In this document: piece after piece, positions 11,836 through 23,970 of the stretch
Layout of the letters: every line of letters starts with the position of its first letter
Numbering within the stretch: the stretch's first letter is position 1
Source: Octopus sinensis
Lineage: Eukaryota
Reading direction: 5' to 3'
Assembly: GCF_006345805.1 (NCBI RefSeq)
Contig: NC_043014.1
Span: 50,716,001 to 50,780,000 of the forward strand
Length of the DNA stretch: 64,000 bases
Made by a program: the position numbers and the translations under genes
The notes under the pieces: generated by a model
Database searches by the model: none
Told to the model about the DNA's origin: nothing
What the model saw: only the letters and a program-made list of their open reading frames with translations

Positions 11836-12230
11836 ATTGGTCAACAAGTTGATGACGTCTAGCTCTGCTAGAATGGACAGGATACAACAGGGGACAGTCA
11901 TTAGTCAGAATATTGATGACGTCCTTTTCTGCTTGAATAGTCACCTAACAAGTACAGACAGGGGGCAGATCAATGTAGCTATAAGTCGTGATTGGGCAGA
12001 ATCTGGATGACGTCCCGCTATGCTTGACTAACGAAGCGACTGGTCAAGACAGGAAACAAACAAGAGGGAGTTATAATGCAGCGATTGGTCAAAATAATGA
12101 TGACGTCCCGTTCCACTTGGTTAAAGCCACCTAACGAAACGATTGGTCAAAACATTGATGACGTCACGCTACGCTAGATTGACCACCTAACAGGCATTAT
12201 AAAACCGAGCATTTCACAAAAACTCACTAG
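11836..12230 (+). promoter_or_regulatory. Putative PLE internal Pol II promoter: five ATTGG-N9-TGATGACGTC modules, TATAAAA at 12198 and Inr-like TCACT at 12224
   Basis: Modules start at 11836, 11900 (ATTAG), 11991 (GGATGACGTC), 12084 and 12142, each with a spacer of exactly 9 nt. Function is inferred from NF-Y and CREB/ATF consensus sites. Confidence 0.6.
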
Positions 12231-12528
12231 AACCACCCAGCGAACTTCCACCATGGGTCATCACAATTGCTTAAGGTAAAAGTGAATTCCTCGCTCTTTC
12301 GGAAACATCAATCTTCTGTATTGACCGCTTTCCACCACTTTGATCTGTTTTTTGTATTGAATACGTATCGCCACCGTGGGCCACTGCATCGAACACTTGA
12401 ACATATACTTCAACTATATATCAACTATACATGAACTATATATCAACTATACATGAACTCTAAGATGTATGACTCCGTTGTGTATATATAAAATGAATTT
12501 CTTGTGTTTGACGGCATGAGCTGGTCTC

Positions 12529-12598
12529 TTTATATATATAACTTTTTTGATAAGGTTCATTTCAGGAACTGAAACATGTTATAATGTATATATAAAAA
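12529..12598 (+). ncRNA. Minimal type I hammerhead ribozyme motif in the PLE pseudo-LTR (U3-A8 variant)
   Basis: TTGATAA (12547-53), GGTTC/ATTTCAG/GAACT stem II, GAAA, palindromic CATG loop, T-T, and an imperfect AT-rich stem I. PLE pseudo-LTRs are known to carry minimal hammerheads. Confidence 0.6.
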
Positions 12599-12645
12599 TT
12601 AAAAATTGTATAATACAGCAGCATTTTCGAACTTCATTTTTACAA

Positions 12646-12646
<1 letters not shown>

Positions 12647-12698
<52 letters not shown>

Positions 12699-13448
12699 TG
12701 TAGTGTGTGTGTGTGTGAGTGTGTGTGTGTGTGAGTGTGTGTGCGTGTGTGTGTGTACAGTGTGGTTATGCAGGTTAAGTCATACAAAAATACACACACA
12801 CATATCAATGTATATATTTACTCAGATATGTACACAAATATACATACTAACATATATAAATACATGTATATATTATTATATACATATGTATGTCTGTACG
12901 TGCGTGTGTGTGTGTGTGTGGGTATGGGTGGGTGTTTGATATATTATATAACTTATAATCTTTGAGAAGTCGTAACGAGAATGAATGTCTGAAGGCAAAA
13001 TAAGTCTCTAATTATGTAAAGGAAAGTTTAGTCTTCAAATGAGTTTTCTCATATTTGCTTCTATTTTAATTCTAATCTGTCTACGTCAAATAGCTATTAT
13101 ATTAGACAGGTATTATATATACACACACAGCATTTCATAAACACATACATACAATATATATATATATATATATACATACATATTATATATATATATATAA
13201 TACATACATATATATATATATATATATGCATATATACATATATACATATATATATACACATACATGTGTATTTATATATATATTATTACGTATATAGATT
13301 TCAATATGAATGCATATATATCTATGCGTATGTTCATATATGCGCACATATATATACAAGCATATATAAGAGTGTATGTATATTCCCAAATATATGTTTA
13401 TATGTGTGTATAAACACAGACACACATGCATACACATACACACACACG

Positions 13449-13512
<64 letters not shown>

Positions 13513-13858
13513 ACGAGATCATTATATTAATTCCATACACACCTACCAATGTATTTTTCTGTCAAGCTATTTATCTCTCTATGTGTACGTACGTTCGAGT
13601 TTTCTTGTGTGTGTGTGTGTGGTGTGTGTGTGTTGTGTGTCTTTGTGCCGAGGAAATGTAGGCGGTTACTTCAATGTTTCCATGGCTGTCGTCTTCTCTT
13701 GACATTCTAAAGAATCTGAGCATTCACAAAACTTCAAAGTCACTTGAAACTTTATAAATAAAAGTAAATTTAATATTCTAAATATATTCAATGGAGGTTT
13801 TTTTTTTCATTTAGTATTTGAAAGACTTTATGTAAGATTATCCATACATTTACCATAT

Positions 13859-13918
<60 letters not shown>

Positions 13919-13942
13919 TGTGTACACATATATATATATTTA

Positions 13943-13984
<42 letters not shown>

Positions 13985-14064
13985 TATACATACTTAGATA
14001 TATATATGTATCTATATAGAAATATATATATGTTCATATGCCTTTGCGCGCGTGTGTCAATATG

Positions 14065-14102
<38 letters not shown>

Positions 14103-14120
14103 TGTGCGTGTGTGTTTGTT
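12647..14120. repeat. Compound (TA)n/(TG)n/(GA)n microsatellite field
   Basis: Directly visible. Confidence 0.85.
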
Positions 14121-15262
14121 TGCGTGTGTGATGTGTTTTAATAGCAAATAAGTTTAAGTGCGCATCGGAAAGTAACGATGCGTAGTAAAATAATTTGCAT
14201 ATTCAAAGTGACCATATTTTCTGGTTCCCGTGAGTTATGTTCTTTCTTTCCTCTTTTTAAATGTATTAAATGACACGAAGCCGGGACAAAAAAGGCGATT
14301 TATCCACATATACTTCCTCTTTCATCCGAATAGGGCGTATCACTTTACGCAGCTACCCTTGCAACGAGGTGGGCCTCTCTAGCGGACTGCATTGATGGAT
14401 AATGTATATTCTGTTTATTTTTATGCGCTACAACAAGAGTAACGCTACGCAGACACACACAGACGCACACAAGCACAAACGCACACACAGACACACACAC
14501 GGACACACACACACACACATACACACACACAAAAGAAAAGACAAGCAGAAAAAGTAATTTGAGTTTCTGCATTATGCATTGTATACGTGTTACAGTAAAC
14601 CGACCAATGTAGATTACATGAGCCTGAAAAATGTGTTTTTCACACAAGAAATGCAGTCATCTCACTTCTTCGACATTATTAGCGAAGTCACTTATGCCGG
14701 CTAAAAGTATTAACTGCTTCCTTATGTATATTTGAAGATTTGATAGATCTGGCTTTCGAATATGTATATTCAGAATAAATTACCGCTTATATCATTTTAT
14801 TAGACTACTGAAGTTATTTGACATTAATATAAATATATTTTGCCTTAAGATCTTCTTTGAAATTTCAACTTCTAAAAGTTTATGTTACAGATTACATCAT
14901 TCTAGTAAGTTACATGCGTCTGCAGATAAATCAACATAAACACACAGACACACACCTACTCAAGCAGCCCCCGCCATACAGTCACATAAATCCACAAATG
15001 TATACATTTGTACCTATATTTGCTTTTATACGTGCATATATACATCTGTTTATATACATATTCATGCACAGATAGTTTCACAAACATACACTCATACTCG
15101 CCCAAGCACACACATACACACACATACATGTCCATGTGTATATGTCAAAAGAGCTAAAACTTGAAATATTTATCACAAAGAAACTAAATGTTGGCTTAGG
15201 ATTTACGCCTCGCAATATAGTTATGAACAAACCGAGCAACAAGCACTTAAATGTGGGTATTG

Positions 15263-15355
15263 AAATCCGATCACAATTTTCTAGATGGTTATACTTTTGA
15301 TCATTCGCCATCTTTAATAGGGGCTGCATGAGGCTGATCAAGAAACTTAACCCAA
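15263..15355 (+). repeat. 93-bp dispersed repeat of unknown origin, copy 1 (copy 2 at 19107-19199)
   Basis: Ungapped alignment with 9 differences in 93 nt by manual count. Confidence 0.85.
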
Positions 15356-15460
15356 GTAATTTCTACAACATTATCAATTATTAGCTATTCGAATTGTTTC
15401 TTGTCATTATATCAGTTGTTGCGTAAAGTTTTTGTGTAACCCGTTCACACTGATAAGTTT

Positions 15461-15750
15461 ATGGAGGCACATGGCCTTGTGGTTAGAGCAGCGGACTCGC
15501 GGCCGAGGGACCGCGGTTTCGAATCTCAGAGCGGGCGATGTGTGTTTATCAGTGAAACACCTAAGCTCCTCGCGGCTCCAGCAGAAGGTAATGATGAATT
15601 CCTGCTGACTCTTTCGCCACAACTTTCTCTTGCTCTTTCATCCTGCATCTTGCAGCTCACCTGCAACGGACCGGCGTCCCGTCCAGGTGGGGAACCTATA
15701 CGCCAAGGAAACCGGCCCTTATGAGCCAGACGTAGCTCGAGAAGGAACAA
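15461..15750 (+). mobile_element. SINE family B, tail type 2
   Basis: ATGGAGGCACATGGCCTTGTGGTTAGAGCAGCGGACTCGCGG..GGTTTCGAATC, with the same tail as 6284-6567. Confidence 0.9.
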
Positions 15751-16579
15751 CACTGATAGGTTTCTGACCCTAATAAAGTTAACTGCTGTGTGTTGACTTG
15801 ATGTTTGAACAATCAGGATAACATAATCTTTGTTTGTCGCAAGTAAGAGGTTGTGATCGTAGCTTTAACTGTTCTCACATACCATTATAAGTTTCTCGAT
15901 TTCAGCTTTCGGTTTTCGAAACAATGATTTGTTGCAAAAGTTGAAGCTTCGAAAAGGTGATTTCAAGAAGTGAAATGTCGATAATGTTGATAGGTTATGT
16001 GACGAGTAAATCATGATTTTAGCGGGATCTATTCCAATATATCTTTGTTCCTACTTAACAAACTTTGTTGCTATTATCCTGGCGTTGTCTACCGCAATTA
16101 GCAATAGACCATTTGGTCGTTTGTTAATCGGGGAATAGAGATCCTCGTCAGAAAAGACCTAATTAGTATGGTGGTGGTTGTGTAGCGAAAGTCATTACTT
16201 GTTTTGCATTTTAATTATTTCATAACTTTATGAATAATTAGTTGACAATGGTATTACAGTATCCCCAGTGGTCGGCATTTGATACAGTGTTCATTCATTT
16301 CATTTTATCGAAGAACGTGTTACAGTGGAATCGATAGTCCTAGAGAGACTTAGTAAATGGTATATTGATTAATTTCCTGCCAAAAGTTCTTGAGAACGTT
16401 TGGGGGAAAAATAATGGTAGCGAAGAGAATATTGAATAACGGAATTAAAAAACAAAGAAAACAAACAAAAACATACAATATGTCGATAAACTTTCGAATG
16501 AAACAAATATTAATAGATCTGCAATTCAAATTCTAATGTCAATACTGTAAAGCATAAGTACATGCATGTATATATATGC

Positions 16580-16610
<31 letters not shown>

Positions 16611-17654
16611 CATATATATGTATATGTATATGTATATATATAAACACACACATATATATGTGTGTGTTTTTTGGCATGTGTACATATTTATATATATCTT
16701 TATGAAAACACGACAGTTTAAAATTAAATTAAATTATAATTCACATATGTTATTGTTGGTAATTGTCTTCAACTTTTTATTTTTGAAACTCTTAAAATTC
16801 CCAAATGTATAAATCTCTCGATAAATTCGTTTCACACCCTGTATTATAATTTACAATGTTCAATTAAAAAATAATTTAAGAAAGACAAAATAATTGAAAA
16901 ATAAAATACGAATTTACATGTAAAAGACGACAGCCATAGAATACATAGCGTACAGATTCCTTTAAAGTTACAAGTTTAAAAATTATATAACAAAAATAAA
17001 ATAAAAAACGAAAGAGAATAATTGAACTTTAGTCCTCACACGACAAACTATTGCAATGGCATTAAAATCGAAGGAATTAAAATTAAATTACTATTTAAGA
17101 TTTCTATAAATTATAAACTAATGGTGACCGAAGTCAAATCGTACTTCTTAGGAGTAAATAAAAAAATATATTTATGATGAAGAAATGATAAAACTGCTGC
17201 TGGCGGTGGTGGTGGTGTTGATAATGATACCAGTAGCAATGTCATGCTTGCTCTTTTTTGGTTTTCTTTTGTTTCAATATCAAGAGATCCCATTGAAGAA
17301 CAGGTAAGGGCATGGGAACACTAAACAATTTCACGAATATAAAATGTAATAATTAAAAACTCTTGTAATTTGCGGTGAAGCACCGCGGAGTTCCACCAAT
17401 AGAATATCATACAATGCAAATAACGAGTATTTATTTTTTTAAATTTCATGATTTAGTGTTTTGATAACTGTCATCATACTGGTGATAATAAAGTTACAAA
17501 GACGACGATGACGATGAAAATGATGACGAGGAGGAGGACGAGGTGTTCACCACCTTTGTGATGGTTATCGCGGTTAAAGCCGCCATCATTAACATTATTA
17601 TTAATAACAAAAAGAGAATAAGATTGGTTCTATTATTCATTAACAGCAGAATGA

Positions 17655-18160
17655 AGGCGGCGAGCTGGCAGAATCGTTAACACGCCGGACGAAGTGCGTA
17701 GCCGTATTTCGTCTGCCGTTTCGTTCTGAGTTCAAACTCCGCCGAGGACGACTTTGCTTTTCATCTTTTCAGGGTCGATTAAATAAGTACCAGTTACGCA
17801 CTGGGGTCGAAAAAATCGACTTAATCCGTTTGTCTGTCCTTGTTTGTCCTCTCTGGTATTTCGCCCGTTTTTCCTCCATATCGAGGTGGATAAAATAAAT
17901 ACCGATTGAAGTATGGGATCGATGTAATCGACTTACCTCTTGCCCCCGAATTACTGGCTTTGTGTCAAAAATTGAAATCAGAATTGTTATTGCTAATATT
18001 TATTAACAGCAGAATCAATCTGGTGATCTGGCAGAATCGTTAGCACGCCGGGCGAAATATTTACAGGTATTTCAGGTCAAATTTCGGGGTCGATGAAATA
18101 AGTAGGATTTCAGCACTTATTTCATTATGTAATCGACTAGCCCTACCCCTCTCCCCAAAT
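17655..18160 (+). mobile_element. Cluster of three family A SINE copies or fragments
   Basis: Full head GGCGGCGAGCTGGCAGAATCGTTAAC at 17657, a fragment at about 17870-17995, and a degenerate head TGGCAGAATCGTTAGCACGCCGGGCG at 18029. Confidence 0.82.
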
Positions 18161-19106
18161 TTCAGTAGGGTTGATTATTTATTGGCACATTCGATAAAGA
18201 ATCGGACAAAATGCCATATGATATTTCTCCCGGCTCATTAGGTTTTGGTTTCAAAACGCGGAGAGGTCAATTTTATCTTCCGTCGCTAAAACAGTGCAGT
18301 GAGGGGGAATGAATGTCAAGGTTGGCCTCACAGTGAAAAGAGGCGGGTTAAATATCGTATGAGTTTTGATCGGCGCACCAACAATGGTGCCGTACTGCCA
18401 ACCTACTTTGAAATACCAAGGACTGCAGAAATTAACTACTAAGTTATTCACTCGATCCCGGAGAAATGAAAACAGAGCTGGCTTCATCAAAAACTTTATG
18501 AAACATTACAAAACATATTTTCCGCACTTTCTAAAGTGTCTGGCAGCTCGTTGCCATTCATTCTCGCAAAGAATATAAAATGAAGACATGTAGGCATGTT
18601 AATACCAACAGTGAAAAGTATAAATCCCTGAGGAGATCTAATAACACTGAAACAAGACTTGATTTATCTCCGTCCGGCTTTCATCAAAACCACATTACAC
18701 TGCATAGCACACAGTATGTATTTTATTACTTAAATTACTTTCTCCCATGGCGTTTTGTAAAAAATAACCATTAAGCTAATTTTTTTTTTTTACCATTACG
18801 GGTATAATTAATCTTCAAGTATTACGCATTTTAGATCATTATTTATTTGACTTATTTCATTATGGAATTCAGTAATGTTGTCCACTACTCCATATTATAT
18901 ATTTCTCTAAAGCGATGAGCTGGCAAAACGCTTAGCAACGTTTCCATTACATTCTTGCTTCAGACAGATCGTTTCTCAATCAGAACCGGATTATCAAGAA
19001 TCGTTAACAGGGCCTCACAACTAATAAGAAACAGCGACTCAGACTCTCTAAAATTTCTCTCCACCTCCGACTTACATAAGCTAAAAAACAAAGAGATATA
19101 TTACTC

Positions 19107-19199
19107 AAATCCGATCACGAATTCCTAGATGGTTATACATTTGATCATATGCCATCTTTAATAGGGGCTGCTTGAGGCTAATCAAGAACCTTAACCCAA
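19107..19199 (+). repeat. 93-bp dispersed repeat, copy 2
   Basis: See 15263-15355. Confidence 0.85.
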
Positions 19200-19744
19200 A
19201 CCCAACAACAGACGTAGGTGCGCACACAGACATATCCAACACACACACATAAGACGCGTGCTATGCAAAAGTGTATCTCTTGAAGTTGTCAGTTTTGTTA
19301 CCTTGGTTAAGGTAATTTTGGAGTCATAATTTAAAGCGATTAAATCGAACCCTTAAATTAAATTATGTAATTCAATATTCACATTTTTTTTCTTTATCCC
19401 TCATCTGTTCTCCATTTGTATTTTTGTCTCTCAGTTTATCTCCTCTGCTTTTCTACACACTTCCTGTCTCCTTGCTGCTTCTACTTCGTCTCACATCCTT
19501 GCCTTGTTCTTTCTTGAGCTTTTGCATTCAGCATTCGTGAACAAGACCTTAGAAACATCTCCTCTGACACTTCTCATGAACCCACTCAACTGTTCTAATG
19601 GAATTTGGCTGACAAAATTTCTACGAATTTACACCCGGTTCTTTTACCAAAAACACTACTTTGAAAGCAGCTTCTTGCATTGCCTCCAGTCTGAGTTTAA
19701 TACTTTGCTTTCTCTATTAAGTGCTTCGAGACCCTATAAAACAG

Positions 19745-19924
19745 TCATGGAAGCAGATTAATATAGACACGGGAACAGGGAGTGCAGTGTGTTGTGCCAG
19801 CGCACCACTCGAAATTTTGTGGGGCAATGAAAGCTCTTTGATAATACTCCTGAATAGATAGGTTCTCCCCCACTACGCAAATTTTGTTCCAGCACGTATG
19901 TTGATCATCCTCGTCTACACCAAC
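19745..19924 (-). CDS. Candidate exon of an unknown gene (VGVDEDDQHTCWNKICVVGENLSIQEYYQRAFIAPQNFEWCAGTTHCTPCSR...)
   Basis: Strong acceptor TTTCTGTTTGTTTACAG|G. Only phase 0 is open, and the sequence is more GC-rich than its flanks. No homology recognised and no convincing donor. Confidence 0.3.
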   Translation of the reverse strand, partial: VGVDEDDQHTCWNKICVVGENLSIQEYYQRAFIAPQNFEWCAGTTHCTPCSRVYINLLP

Positions 19925-19999
19925 CTGTAAACAAACAGAAATCGAATAACACAGAAAATGGGTGGGGTGGGGGGTAATAACGGTCTCAGATTTTGACAT

Positions 20000-20195
20000 A
20001 AGGCCAACACGTTTACGGATTGGGGTTAAGGCAATTACATCAGCACAAGTGCTCAATTACTGTTTATTTTATCGACGCCAAATGGATGAAATGCAAACTC
20101 GACCTCGGAGGAATTTGAATTCAGAACGGAGATCCGGGTGAGAAACCGCTAAGCATTTTGTTCCGTACTAATGAATCTGCCAGCTCGCTGCCGTA
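20000..20195 (-). mobile_element. Degenerate family A SINE
   Basis: CTGCCAGCTCGCTGCC head end, GAATTTGAATTCAGAAC, GATGAAATGCAAACTCGACCTCGG. Confidence 0.75.
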
Positions 20196-20769
20196 AAATG
20201 GGGAAATAACAATTTTTTTCTTTTTTTATGAATCGAAACAAAAAAGTAGGATAGATTTCAAACGAAGCTTCAATATATATACACTCATATATCACCGTGT
20301 AGAATGTCTTTTAAATATAGTGTACAAATAATATATATTAAATTACTGATAATTTTTTTTTAACAGCCTGCTGTTTCTTTGCTGTATCATGCCACAGAAT
20401 ATATCTATAGATTTCTTTTTTTGTCAGCTAACACTGTTTTATAACAATTGTAAACAAATCCAATACACACATATGTGCACACATAATAGACAGATGCTGT
20501 AACCCAGGGTGCTGGCCACAAACAAGCAAACAAACAAACGTACCTATATGTGTAAGTGTGAGTGTCTGTGTATGTGTGTGCCTGTGTGTTTGTATTCACA
20601 TGTGTGTGTGTGTGTGAGTGTGTGTTCTATAGTACATTAGCAGTAACAGAGTAATTCTATGTTTACAAAAAAGAAACATGATTTTTCCTCAACCCACGCA
20701 AGCGCTTTGGTGAAATAGGTTGTCATAGATTTATGCAAAGAAGATATAGGTGAGACAGATATTAAAAAA

Positions 20770-20870
20770 ACAATGATATATATATATATATATATATAAT
20801 ATACATTATATATACATATATATATATATAATATATATATATACGTATATATATATGTATATATATATAT

Positions 20871-20920
<50 letters not shown>

Positions 20921-21165
20921 ATATATAAAGATTTATATATATATATTTACACACGTATATATACATATATATTACATAGATAGATATATAGACATATATA
21001 TATTATACATTTATATATATATGCATATATATACACACACCTATATATACACGTATATGCATTTAAGTATGTAAGTATATATATCTGCGTGTACGTGTGT
21101 ATGTATATATATATATATAGATACGTTGTGTCTGTGTTAATGTATATGTGTGTGTGTATATGTAA

Positions 21166-21204
<39 letters not shown>

Positions 21205-21278
21205 AATGTATATATCTTTATCTATATCTGTATCTATATTTATCTATCTGCACACAGACACACACACATACATTCACA

Positions 21279-21313
<35 letters not shown>

Positions 21314-21549
21314 GGTATTTCGAGATCTTGTTTCTTGTTTTTGCCATCGAATGAAATATAAACGATAGTATATAAAAGAAAACTATGTGTACATAAACAC
21401 GTCATTGTGAGTGTTTGTGTAGTGTGTGTGTGTGTGTGTGTTTGTGTGCATAAGTGTCTATATATATATATACTTACTCTAAAATACATGCGTATATATA
21501 AACGCACATGTATTCATACATGCATAGTAGTATAAACACATATGTACTT

Positions 21550-21628
<79 letters not shown>

Positions 21629-22003
21629 GTATGTGTTATTGTTTATATATATATGTATGCATATATATATATATGTATGCATATATATGTATATATATGA
21701 AAACGATGCCAGACGCACAAAAAATATTTCTGCTGTGTTTATTGAGAGACAATAAATAACAGAATATATTATTCGATTAGGTCTAATTTCCATCGGTTTA
21801 TGGCAGAATGTCTTCCAAAAGAAACATTGTAAACACACACACACACACACACACACACGCAGACACAGACATACACATGCACATATGCACAAACACACAC
21901 GCACAAACACTAACGTACGGACAGACACTGAAGTGTCGTACACTCCAGCTTTTCTTGTAGACGTTTGCATATAGAATACGTATATATTTATTATATTATA
22001 TAT

Positions 22004-22098
<95 letters not shown>

Positions 22099-22275
22099 AT
22101 GTGTGTGTTTGTTTGCGTGTGTGTTGTTGTGTGCTGTATATATATATATATATATATATATATGTAATATGTATGTATGTAAATATATATAATTATGAAT
22201 ATATATATATATTCATACTTAAATATATATGTATATATGTAATATATATGTATGTGGTGTGTGTGTGCATGTATA

Positions 22276-22321
<46 letters not shown>

Positions 22322-22500
22322 CATGTCTTTGTAATTATGTATATAAGTATATTTATACTTGTGTGCTCGTTTGTATATGATATGTACATACCACACACTT
22401 CCCGACACACATACACAGACATAGGTCACTCACCTAGACACACACACACACACACATACACACACACACACACACATACATACACACACACACACACATG
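20770..22500. repeat. Extended (TA)n/(CA)n/(TG)n microsatellite field
   Basis: Directly visible. Confidence 0.88.
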
Positions 22501-22830
22501 GATACACATATTTATCGTGACACACAAATTGAGACTTTTGTATTGATGCTGTAAGTTCAGTTTGACGAAATTGGCAAGTAGCAGTAATAAAAAGCTTTGT
22601 CCTCCGGTCAGGTATTTATACATAAATAATAGTGTTTTATAACTATATTTAATGTAAGAATTATTCCAGTTTATTTTCTGAATGAATTGATATGGAAAAA
22701 CAAACAAAAACCAAACACTAGACAAATAAATGGCGAACACACACTAAAAAAACACACAAGCAAATCATTTTCTTTATTATTCTAGAGAAAGAAGAACGCA
22801 GTGTGAATCACAGAACGGTATGATACTTAC

Positions 22831-23086
22831 CATTTAATGGGTATTCTTTTCAGAGTACTCTATTAATTATTCATTAGGTGATTGATATTCAAGTTTGTCT
22901 TTATAAGTGTATTCCATAGTTTATTGAGCTGTTTTGTGCCACAGCGAAATTGTTAAACATGTTACGTATATTAAATGCGACGTAATGGTTTAGCGGTTCT
23001 CGTCGCAATTGTATAGTTTGGATATAGTGTTGCTGGATGCTGGCTTTGCTGTGTTTATTTTACTATAGTTTGATGGAGATACACGC
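22831..23086 (-). other. Candidate non-coding or 5'-UTR exon ending in ATG
   Basis: Acceptor TTTATTTCACTTGGCAG|G at 23087/23086 and a consensus donor ATG|GTAAGTAT at 22831/22830. Stops occur in all three frames. Confidence 0.3.
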
Positions 23087-23174
23087 CTGCCAAGTGAAAT
23101 AAACTTCATAATTACAACTCTTTTTTTTTTTATAAACTTCGATATATAACTTGAGACTTAAATATTTATTGGCT

Positions 23175-23570
23175 TGCTTGCAGAGTGAGACGATTGCTTC
23201 CCGACCGTATGCTTTTTAGTTCAGTCTGACTGCGTGGCGACTTTGAGAAGTGCCTTCTGCAACGGCCTCGGGCGGGCCAAAGTCTTATGTAGTGGATTTG
23301 ACTGACGGAAACTGAGAGCGGTCCGTTGTAAATATGTTATGTATAATTAAGCACGCACACACAGATATAGATAGACCGATAGATAGATAGCGATGTGTGA
23401 GTATGTGTGTGCTTCTGTCAGTGTTTCTACCCTTAACGTTGCGATTCGGCAAAAGAGACCGACAAAATATGAATGATATTTCAAATTAGAGAAAAAAAGT
23501 ACCGATGTTGACTACCTCCATAAAATGTTTCCAAGGTTGTGCCCTAGCATGGCCGCAGTCTAACTGACTG
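23175..23570. mobile_element. Degenerate family C SINE fragments
   Basis: TTCAGTCTGACTGCGTGGCGACTTTGAGAAGTGCCTTCTG and TTCGGCAAAAGAGACCGA on +, with tail-like CCAGCATGGCCGCAGTC near 23545. Confidence 0.55.
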
Positions 23571-23917
23571 AAGCATATAAACGAAATGATAAACATCATG
23601 CAAAGAATTGAATTACAAACATCAAAAAATAAATCTTGGATCAATGAGAGCTCAGATGAGAGCAAATCACTAAACACTAATTCTTTATAGTAAAGATTAT
23701 TTGCCAACATAACATGGCAGTCCTAGTTTAGGACGAATGTTTCTGCAATTGAGCCCAATGTATATATATATAATATATATATATATATTATATATATATG
23801 TGGTCTGTGTGTGTGTATGCGCATACACGTTTATGTATATACGTTTATACATTTAAATATATATATATGTCTGTACATATGAGTATATATGTATGTAGGT
23901 ATGTATTTATGGATATG

Positions 23918-23970
<53 letters not shown>

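Larger units (their letters stand above)
9437..12646 (+). mobile_element. Penelope-like retroelement (PLE), Neptune-type, 5'-truncated, with ~1-kb 3' pseudo-LTR, inserted in (TA)n
   Basis: RT and GIY-YIG ORF relic 9437-11669, followed by non-coding sequence with promoter-like and hammerhead motifs. TA repeats lie at both ends (9181-9190 and 12647 onward). Confidence 0.9.
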
